Source: Candidatus Yanofskybacteria bacterium (lineage in GTDB: Bacteria; Patescibacteriota; Minisyncoccia; 2-02-FULL-40-12; GWA2-44-9). Taken from it: a DNA stretch of 64,000 nucleotides. The DNA lies in NCBI GenBank assembly GCA_020852375.1, contig JADZAY010000008.1:9688-73687 (forward strand), written 5' to 3'. Under the pieces are notes generated by a model. That model did not search any database, had not been told where the DNA came from, and was given only the letters and a program-made list of their open reading frames with translations. The translations under genes were made by a program, and so were the position numbers. Below, piece by piece: positions 54,758 through 64,000 of this stretch (position 1 is its first letter; every line of letters begins with the position of its first letter).

Positions 54758-56092
54758 ATGGCATCGCAACCGGATCGTATGGACGCTATCATCTCGCTCG
54801 CCAAGCGGCGCGGTTTTGTGTATCCGGGAAGCGATGTCTACGGCGGACTTGCGAACTCATGGGACTACGGTCCGCTGGGTGCTGAGCTGCGGCGCAATAT
54901 TAAAGAAGCGTGGTGGTGGCGTTTTGTGCAGAAGCGCGATGATGTCGTCGGCATCGAGACGGCGCTCATCATGAATCCGAAGGTGTGGCAGGCGAGCGGG
55001 CACCTGGCAACGTTCTCCGATCCGCTCGTGGAGTGCAAGAAGTGTCATGCCCGGTATCGCGCAGACCAGCTCGAGGGGGCCTGTCCGAGTTGTGGCGGCA
55101 AAGAATTCAGCGAAGCGCGCCAATTCAATTTGATGTTCAAGACGTTCATCGGCCCCGCAGAGGAAGCGGCGAATGTCGCGTACCTCCGTCCCGAAACGGC
55201 CCAGGGCATGTTCGTGAATGTGAAGAACGTGTTGGATTCCAACCGTGTGAAATTGCCGTTCGGTATCGCGCAGATCGGGAAGGCGTTTCGCAACGAGATC
55301 ACGCCGGGCAATTTCATCTTCCGCACGCGCGAGTTCGAACAGATGGAGATCGAGTACTTCATCAGGCCGCCGGCGAACGACGAGGAATGGCAGAACGTGT
55401 TCGAGCACTGGCGCAATGAGATGCATGCATGGATGCGCGATGTCGGCATTGATGCGGCGCGGGTGAGTGAGTTCGAGGTTCCCGCAGAAGACCGCGCCCA
55501 TTACTCCAAGCGCACCATTGATTTCATGTTTGCGTTCCCATTCGGGGTCAAAGAGCTCTATGGACTCGCGTATCGAACTGACTTTGACCTCAAGAATCAC
55601 ATGGAGCAGAGCGGGAAGGATCTTTCCTACCTCGATCCGGAGACCAATGAGCGTACTGTTCCGCACTGCGTAGAGCCGACGTGGGGTGTGGACCGCACCC
55701 TTCTAGCCGTGCTCCTGTCGGCCTACACCGAAGAGGGAGAGGGGGATGATGCGCGCGTGGTGCTGAAGCTGAAGCCGGCGCTTGCCCCGTTCAAGGCGGC
55801 GGTGTTCCCGCTGCTGAAGAACAAGCCTGAGTTGGTCGCCAAGGCGAAAGAGGTTCGTTCGCAGCTCATGGACGGGGATCCGCGTCTGCTTCCCATCGCA
55901 TGGGATGATCGTGGCAATATCGGCAAGCGCTACCTTGCGCAGGACGAGATCGGCACTCCCGCGTGCATCACCGTGGACTTCCAGACGCTCGAAGACGATA
56001 CGGTGACCATCCGCGACCGCGACACGAAAGAGCAGCGTAGGGTTGCGGTGGCAGACCTCCCGAGTGTGCTGGGGGAGTTCCTCGCCCGATAG
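54758..56092 (+). CDS. glyQS: Glycine-tRNA ligase (alpha2 type)
   Basis: DYGPLG, LRPETAQG, FRNEITPGNFIFRTREFEQME and IGKRY..QDEIGTP motifs. Confidence 0.96.
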   Translation: MASQPDRMDAIISLAKRRGFVYPGSDVYGGLANSWDYGPLGAELRRNIKEAWWWRFVQKRDDVVGIETALIMNPKVWQASGHLATFSDPLVECKKCHARYRADQLEGACPSCGGKEFSEARQFNLMFKTFIGPAEEAANVAYLRPETAQGMFVNVKNVLDSNRVKLPFGIAQIGKAFRNEITPGNFIFRTREFEQMEIEYFIRPPANDEEWQNVFEHWRNEMHAWMRDVGIDAARVSEFEVPAEDRAHYSKRTIDFMFAFPFGVKELYGLAYRTDFDLKNHMEQSGKDLSYLDPETNERTVPHCVEPTWGVDRTLLAVLLSAYTEEGEGDDARVVLKLKPALAPFKAAVFPLLKNKPELVAKAKEVRSQLMDGDPRLLPIAWDDRGNIGKRYLAQDEIGTPACITVDFQTLEDDTVTIRDRDTKEQRRVAVADLPSVLGEFLAR

Positions 56093-56125
56093 GGAATAAA
56101 GAGAACACCCGCCTGTGGCGGGTGT

Positions 56126-56416
56126 TTACGCGCCCTTCTTGTCGCGCAACTCTGCGACGAGGAAGAATAGCATCCGGGCGGTCAGCTCGTGGGTGCGCAC
56201 CTCTTCCTCCGGCGCTCTTTCCCGAGCGCACCGCTCCTTTGCCTCTTCCGAAGACATGAGAAACGCGAGCTCCATTTCGTCGCACGCGGCATCGCGGCTC
56301 ATGCCGAATTTCCGCATGGCGGTCTCAAGCAGTTTCTCCAGTTTCGGGGCCCACTCTGCACGGAGAGCGGCGGGAATGTCCACGGAACACCTCCGGAACT
56401 GGCAGTACGGTAGCAT
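56126..56416 (-). CDS. Hypothetical protein
   Basis: 96-aa helical ORF; weak support. Confidence 0.4.
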   Translation of the reverse strand: MLPYCQFRRCSVDIPAALRAEWAPKLEKLLETAMRKFGMSRDAACDEMELAFLMSSEEAKERCARERAPEEEVRTHELTARMLFFLVAELRDKKGA

Positions 56417-56457
56417 GTGGTGAGAAAAGCGCAAAACCCCCGGTTTTCGCGGATATA

Positions 56458-56487
56458 TTGACAATCTACTATATATTATGCTATAAT
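56458..56487 (+). promoter_or_regulatory. Consensus sigma70 promoter
   Basis: TTGACA-18 nt-TATAAT with extended TGn. Confidence 0.8.
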
Positions 56488-56554
56488 ATAGCTGCCAGTT
56501 CGGTCTTTTCCAATCCCTATTTCAGACGCGGCGCTGCCGCGTCAGGAGGTGACC

Positions 56555-57553
56555 ATGCGCACCCTTCTGCGTGCCGCCTTCTGCGCGGCATTCACGCTCC
56601 TGGCCGTGGCGTGCGACGGCCAGTCGCCCATGGCGGCCAGTTCTGCTCCCACGCTCGTCTCTGGCATCTTGACCGTCCGGTCGAACCGGACCGGCCAGCC
56701 GATTTCCGGAGCGGCCGTGACGGTGAGCGGCCAGCCGTTCGTTACGACCTCCGACGGGACCGTCACGCTGATGGCCATCCCGTCGGACGCCGTCTGCGTC
56801 ATCGACGCGGACGGGTACCTGCACTCCCGGGTTGCGAAGTGCGCACTCGGGGGAGTGGAGTACCTCCACCCCGACGATGCGCGGATGCCGTACGCGTCGT
56901 TGCTGTATACGCTGTACGGCAATGGCGTTCTCTACCGTACCACCACGTCGCACGTCACCGTCTTCCCGGACGCGACGTTCCGGAACGACCGTGACGCATG
57001 GCGCGATCTCGAGTGGGCGGTTGGGAAGCTCAATGCGACCCGCGACACGCTTGCGGCGGTTCCGCGTCCCGGAACCTCGATGCTGCCGACCTGGAGCATC
57101 GCGGCGAGGGACGACGAGGCGGCCGAGTTCAGGCTCGTCCTGAAGTTCGACCCCTCGAACGAGTGGTTCCACAAGCCCGGCTACGAAAATGCCGGCGCCC
57201 TGACCTTCGCGCACTACCGTGGGTACGTGCAGGTAGGGGCGGACGTCGTCTTCCAGTACCTGGGCGACGTTTTCTTCGGGGATCACTTGAAGAGGGCGGT
57301 CATCCATGAGTTCACCCACGCCATCGGTGTGGGCCACCTGCGGGAGGAAGATCCCGAGGGGATCATGGGCGGTTCCGCCCGCGGTGGAGCTCCTCTGGAG
57401 TTCAGCCCCGAGGAGTACGACCTGCTCCGTTACCTGACCGCTCGTCCGGCGGGCACCGTGCCCGTCGACGACAGCACGAAGGCCGAGGCTTCCAAGCCTG
57501 CGGCTCTCGGCAAGACGCAGACCCGTCTGGTCTGCGCGGCGAAGGTCAGGTAG
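56555..57553 (+). CDS. Lipoprotein with metzincin-type Zn protease motif
   Basis: Lipobox LAVA|C, carboxypeptidase-regulatory-like segment, HEFTHAIGVGH and Met-turn (GIMG). Confidence 0.8.
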   Translation: MRTLLRAAFCAAFTLLAVACDGQSPMAASSAPTLVSGILTVRSNRTGQPISGAAVTVSGQPFVTTSDGTVTLMAIPSDAVCVIDADGYLHSRVAKCALGGVEYLHPDDARMPYASLLYTLYGNGVLYRTTTSHVTVFPDATFRNDRDAWRDLEWAVGKLNATRDTLAAVPRPGTSMLPTWSIAARDDEAAEFRLVLKFDPSNEWFHKPGYENAGALTFAHYRGYVQVGADVVFQYLGDVFFGDHLKRAVIHEFTHAIGVGHLREEDPEGIMGGSARGGAPLEFSPEEYDLLRYLTARPAGTVPVDDSTKAEASKPAALGKTQTRLVCAAKVR

Positions 57554-57626
57554 TCCGTTCGGCCACCCCGAGCCCAGCTCGGTCGGGGTGGCCTTTTCTT
57601 TTGCCAAGATATGGTAGGATGCTCCT

Positions 57627-58100
57627 ATGCCGAACGTAACCATCAACCGAACAAAGAGCTATCTTGCCATGATCCGCAATGCGGCTGCAGGAGAGAACCG
57701 TATGTTCCGCAGTCTTATTGCCTCAGTAGACGGCGTGGAGTCTGACATCCTCAAAGATGGAGCGCTTTCCTGCGCATTTTTTGCGTCGGCAATCCTGTAT
57801 ATCAATAAGCTCATCGGCGATGTGCATGCCGGGGTGCCCGGTCTTGAGCGTGATCTTGCCGCGAGCGGGTGGCAGCAGATATCCGATCTTCGAGAGGGAG
57901 CAGTGATCGCCTGGGAGGCGCAGAAGGGGAGCTTCGTTCCCGGTATGGGAGAGGAGCATGGGCATATCGGTTTTTACATTGGCAACGACCGCGCGGTCAG
58001 TAACGGCTCGAACACGAGCCATGTACCCGAGGAACATCATGTGACCTATGACGGTACCCGAAAGATCGTGCGTATCTGGTGGCATGCTGAGCTGGAGTAA
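57627..58100 (+). CDS. NlpC/P60-like (Cys-His) hypothetical protein
   Basis: LSCAFFAS...GAVIAW...HGHIGFYIG. Confidence 0.65.
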   Translation: MPNVTINRTKSYLAMIRNAAAGENRMFRSLIASVDGVESDILKDGALSCAFFASAILYINKLIGDVHAGVPGLERDLAASGWQQISDLREGAVIAWEAQKGSFVPGMGEEHGHIGFYIGNDRAVSNGSNTSHVPEEHHVTYDGTRKIVRIWWHAELE

Positions 58101-58118
58101 AGCACCGATATAGCTTTG

Positions 58119-58167
58119 GCGCATAAAAACACAAGAGGCCTTCCGGGCCTCTTGTGTTTTTATGCGC
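58119..58167. terminator. 22-bp perfect hairpin between a convergent CDS and tRNA-Asp
   Basis: GCGCATAAAAACACAAGAGGCC-TTCCG-GGCCTCTTGTGTTTTTATGCGC. Confidence 0.75.
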
Positions 58168-58238
58168 GGTGGACGGGACTCGAACCCGCGACCTCCGCCG
58201 TGACAGGGCGGCGCTCTAACCAGCTGAGCTACCACCGC
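58165..58238 (-). tRNA. tRNA-Asp(GTC)
   Basis: GCGGTGG acceptor, CCGCC-CTGTCAC-GGCGG, GTTCGAGTC. Confidence 0.93.
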
Positions 58239-58357
58239 AGTAGGCGACGGCAACGGTCGGGAGGTACCCGCTGTCACCGGGCTTCATGCGTGGATGTAGT
58301 GTACACTCTTTTTTCGCCCCGTGCAAGGTCTGGGCCGGTTTTTGGTATACTAACGGG

Positions 58358-58726
58358 ATGAGAATACGCCCGTGGGTCATTACTGGAGCGGCGTGGTGCT
58401 GTGCGGCTGCTGCCGGAGCCGTTCTGGTGCTCACAGTGACCCCGCAAGAGGCTTCGGCGGGACTTATTGCGCTGGCGTGGGGCGTTGGTTTCATCCTGCT
58501 TTGGAGCGGGGCGGCGACACTGCTCTTGCTGGCTCGCCAGTCGATCCTTCAGGCGATCTGGGCGCCCCTCCCGCTCGCTGTGGTGGTCGTTGGAGGTGTC
58601 CTTGCTCGCCATGCGTTCGGGGTAGGGTGGAGATTGCTGGGGGGCGTACTTTTGGCTACACTGTTCATATCGGCCTATGTCCTGTGGCGCCTGCGCCGCG
58701 GGTTCGAGCATGAAGAATCAGCTTGA
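58358..58726 (+). CDS. Four-TM membrane protein
   Basis: 122 aa, hydrophobic; overlaps the pheS start. Confidence 0.7.
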   Translation: MRIRPWVITGAAWCCAAAAGAVLVLTVTPQEASAGLIALAWGVGFILLWSGAATLLLLARQSILQAIWAPLPLAVVVVGGVLARHAFGVGWRLLGGVLLATLFISAYVLWRLRRGFEHEESA

Positions 58727-59717
58727 TCGCATCAAAGAGGTTGCACTGAAGGATCTCGAGAATCTCCGCACGCTGGCGGAACTTGAAACTGCGCGCGTGC
58801 AGGCGCTTGGGCGGAGCTCGGAGCTTTCGCAGTTCCTCCGCTCATTGAAGGAGCGGAGCGAGGACGAGCGACGCGAGTTGGGTGCGCTTGCGAATCGCAT
58901 CCGGGGCGAACTCGAAGAGCAGTTCGAGCGGGCGAAGGAGCGCCTTGAAGATCTCGCATATGCTGCCCTCGAAAAACTCGATGTCTCCGCCCCGGGCATG
59001 AAGGTCCAGCGAGGACACGTGCACCCGCTGACCCAGGTGCAGGACGACATCAACGCCATCTTCGCGTCCATGGGATTTCGTATCGTGGAGGGCCCCGAGG
59101 TGGAAACCGAGTGGGCCAATTTCGACGCGCTGAACACGCCTCCGGACCACCCGGCCCGCGGCATGCAGGATACCTTCTGGCTCCAAGGGATGCAGCATCT
59201 GATGCGAACGCATACCAGCCCGATGCAGGTGCGCTTTATGCAGCAGCATCAGCCGCCGTTCCGCATTATCGTGCCGGGGAGGGTGTACCGCAACGAGGCG
59301 ACCGACGCTACGCACGAGTTTCAATTCCATCAGATCGAAGGACTCATGGTGACTCGCACCGGCCCCGGGGCACCGTCCATGGCGAATCTGAAAGGGGTTA
59401 TGGAGCATTTCTACCAGCGCTTCTTCCGCGATCCGAACATCGAGGTTCGTTTCAACGCTTCGTATTTCCCGTTCGTGGAGCCCGGAGTCGAGGTGTACAT
59501 CAAGGGTTCGTCAGGCAAGCTAGCGGGGAAGTGGCTGGAGGTCGCCGGTGCGGGCATGGTGCACCAGAATGTATTCGAGCATGTGGGATATGTGCGAGGG
59601 GAGATGCAGGGATTCGCGTTCGGTATGGCGCTCGAGCGTATGGCGATGCTGAAGTACAAGATCGATGATATTCGTCTGTTCAATGGCGGCGACCTTCGCT
59701 TTCTGCGGCAATTCTAG
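58710..59717 (+). CDS. pheS: Phenylalanine-tRNA ligase alpha subunit
   Basis: NFDALN..HPAR.MQDTF, RTHTSPMQ, YFPFVEP and GFAFG motifs. Confidence 0.96.
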   Translation: MKNQLDRIKEVALKDLENLRTLAELETARVQALGRSSELSQFLRSLKERSEDERRELGALANRIRGELEEQFERAKERLEDLAYAALEKLDVSAPGMKVQRGHVHPLTQVQDDINAIFASMGFRIVEGPEVETEWANFDALNTPPDHPARGMQDTFWLQGMQHLMRTHTSPMQVRFMQQHQPPFRIIVPGRVYRNEATDATHEFQFHQIEGLMVTRTGPGAPSMANLKGVMEHFYQRFFRDPNIEVRFNASYFPFVEPGVEVYIKGSSGKLAGKWLEVAGAGMVHQNVFEHVGYVRGEMQGFAFGMALERMAMLKYKIDDIRLFNGGDLRFLRQF

Positions 59718-59719
59718 GC

Positions 59720-61795
59720 ATGAAATTCTCCTACGAATGGATCAAAGAGCTGTCGGGCACTACGCTTTCTGCCGAGGACGCGTCTGCGGTGCTGACCGCG
59801 AAGGCGTTCGAGGTGAAAGAGTCCGGCCCTGTGCTGGATATCGACATCCTTCCGAACCGTCCTGATGCGGTATCGCATCTTGGTGTCGCGCGGGAGCTGT
59901 GCGCGCTGAGCGGGCAGCGATTCGCAGCGCCGGTATACGAGTATGCGGTCAGCGAACGACCGGATGTTGAGATCGAGATTCGCGATGCCGCTGCGTGCAT
60001 GCGGTATAGCGCGTTGATCGTCCGGGGAGTAACGGTCGGACCTTCTCCCGCGTGGCTCCGCGAGCGCCTTGAAGCGTGCGGCCTTCAGAGCATCAACAAT
60101 GTCGTCGACGTGACGAACTATGTCATGTTGGAGCTTGGGCAGCCGATGCATGCGTTCGACCGTGCGCTGATCGATCGGATCGTGGTTCGTCGTGCAGAGA
60201 CCGGTGAAACGCTCCAGGCGCTCGATGAGGCGCGCACGAGCTACGCACTCGACAACTCCATGCTCGTGATCGCTGACGGAACGCGCCCGCTCGCGATCGC
60301 CGGCATCAAAGGAGGGGTGGGGACGGGCATCACTGATGCGACGACCGATGTACTACTCGAGGCGGCGGCATTCGGCCCCGAGTCGGTCCGTGCAACGAGC
60401 CGCGCTCTGAATCTCCGCACCGATGCGTCCATTCGTTTTGGGTATGGCGTTGATCCGAACCTGACCGCTCCGGCGCTCGTGCGTGCGGGCGAGCTGCTTG
60501 CGAAGGCCGCTGGTGGGACGCCCGATTCCAGCATCATTGATGTGTATCCGAGCCCTGCATCTGATCGGGTTCTCTCGCTCGACCCCGAGTACGTACGAGC
60601 GCTCCTCGGTATTGCGATACCGAACGCGCAGATCAGGAGCATCCTCGAATCACTTAGTTTTGAAGTCACCGAGCATGAAGGGAGCATGAATGTTCGAGTG
60701 CCAACGCGACGGCTCGATGTGGTCGGCCAGGAAGATCTTGTCGAAGAGGTTGGGCGAGTCTATGGATACGACGCCATTCCCGCCGCGGCTCCGGTGCTTC
60801 CCATTTACGATCAGCATTCGTGGGTGCAGGAAGATACGGCGGTTGCGTGGGATGAGGCAAGCTTTATTCGTGAGCGAGCGGCTCTGGTGCGGCTCCTGGC
60901 GGGTGCAGGGTATGCGGAGGTGTACAATTACGTCTTTCTATCCGATGAGCTGCGGACCCTTCTGAAGCTCGAGCATTTGCACGAGCTGGCGCAACCTCAG
61001 TCCGGCGAGTATCGGTGGCTCCGCTCATCGCTGGTCCCGCGGCTCCTGGTGAACGCTCGCGACAATCTCCGCTTTGCAGAGCGGGTGCGCCTGTTCGAGA
61101 CGGGTCATACATTCAGCCGCATCGGAGAGGGGAAAGAGGATGTGCGTGTAGGGATCGTGCTTGCATCTCGCGCTGGCGGCGATGAGCTGTTCTATGAGCT
61201 GAAAGGGGTTGTTGCGCTCCTGCTTGAGCGGCTGGGCATTACCGGGACCTATTCGGACGATGCGGCTCCGTTCCCGTGGGATGCGTCCGCTGTGCATGCG
61301 ACGCTGGGAGGGCGCCAGGCGCTCGTGCGCGCTGACGACGATACGGTGCTCGGATTCATTGGTGCGGTCCACCCGCGCATCGCTTCCGCACTGAAGCTGA
61401 AGGGCTACGCCGCGATCGCGGAGCTCGACCTCCGAGCGCTGGTTCGCTTCGCGCAAGAGGAGCGCGAGTTCGCTCCGTTGCCGAAATATCCGAGTGTTGT
61501 CCGGGACATTGCGCTCTTTGTCGACCAGGGCGTGAAGATCGATGATATCATTCAGACGATTCACGGCGCCGATCCCAGCGATCTCGTCGACGATGTCGAT
61601 GTCTTCGATATCTTTGTGCCGACCGGCACTGAAAAGCTCAAGGCGGAGGGGGATACTCCGGAGTATGGCAAGAGTGTGGCATTCCACCTCGTATTCCGTT
61701 CCGACGAGCGGACCCTGACGGACGCGGAAGTTGATGCCGCCGAGGTCGTGATCAAGCAGGCGCTCCAGGAGAAACTCAACGCCCGCGTGCGGTGA
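59720..61795 (+). CDS. pheT: Phenylalanine-tRNA ligase beta subunit (short, lacks B2 OB domain)
   Basis: PNRPD, INNVVDVTNYVMLELGQPMHAFD, DLVEEVGRVYGY and C-terminal FDX-ACB motifs. Confidence 0.95.
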   Translation: MKFSYEWIKELSGTTLSAEDASAVLTAKAFEVKESGPVLDIDILPNRPDAVSHLGVARELCALSGQRFAAPVYEYAVSERPDVEIEIRDAAACMRYSALIVRGVTVGPSPAWLRERLEACGLQSINNVVDVTNYVMLELGQPMHAFDRALIDRIVVRRAETGETLQALDEARTSYALDNSMLVIADGTRPLAIAGIKGGVGTGITDATTDVLLEAAAFGPESVRATSRALNLRTDASIRFGYGVDPNLTAPALVRAGELLAKAAGGTPDSSIIDVYPSPASDRVLSLDPEYVRALLGIAIPNAQIRSILESLSFEVTEHEGSMNVRVPTRRLDVVGQEDLVEEVGRVYGYDAIPAAAPVLPIYDQHSWVQEDTAVAWDEASFIRERAALVRLLAGAGYAEVYNYVFLSDELRTLLKLEHLHELAQPQSGEYRWLRSSLVPRLLVNARDNLRFAERVRLFETGHTFSRIGEGKEDVRVGIVLASRAGGDELFYELKGVVALLLERLGITGTYSDDAAPFPWDASAVHATLGGRQALVRADDDTVLGFIGAVHPRIASALKLKGYAAIAELDLRALVRFAQEEREFAPLPKYPSVVRDIALFVDQGVKIDDIIQTIHGADPSDLVDDVDVFDIFVPTGTEKLKAEGDTPEYGKSVAFHLVFRSDERTLTDAEVDAAEVVIKQALQEKLNARVR

Positions 61796-61849
61796 GAAAA
61801 ATCGGCGTTTTGACGCCGTTTTTTGCCCATTTGTCCAGTTGATTTTTGA

Positions 61850-64000
<2,151 letters not shown>

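Overview
This 64-kb window of GC-rich bacterial chromosome uses standard code 11 (TGA = stop). Its gene content points to Patescibacteria/CPR, probably Parcubacteria: short IF2 and PheT, alpha2-type GlyRS, IleRS with an inserted phosphatase domain, and a full type IV pilus/competence set. The taxonomy is an inference. Housekeeping genes include nfo, comM, pnp, rpsO, a xer recombinase, infB, ligA, gatCA, ileS, recO, glyQS, pheST and gyrB, plus five tRNAs. The main result is a complete diversity-generating retroelement (DGR) at 33520-39343. VR 35557-35677 and TR 35961-36081 align over 121 bp with 10 mismatches, all at TR adenines. The target is a MoxR/AAA_5-like ATPase carrying the VR at its C-terminus. 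The avd gene is antisense, lies between TR and RT, and is head-to-head with RT. An HExxH-peptidase/vWA gene follows RT after 2 nt, suggesting a hypervariable AAA+/vWA module. Other signals: (1) two DGR-target-like genes inserted in the pilus locus that do not match the local TR; (2) dense TGRCACC arrays at 5048-5293 and inside comM; (3) a dispersed hairpin element in two copies; (4) a GIY-YIG gene between an interrupted and an intact tRNA-Cys; (5) inverted T-arm copies downstream of two tRNAs; (6) a split between leaderless-looking core genes and SD-led accessory genes. All calls were made by eye, with no database searches.
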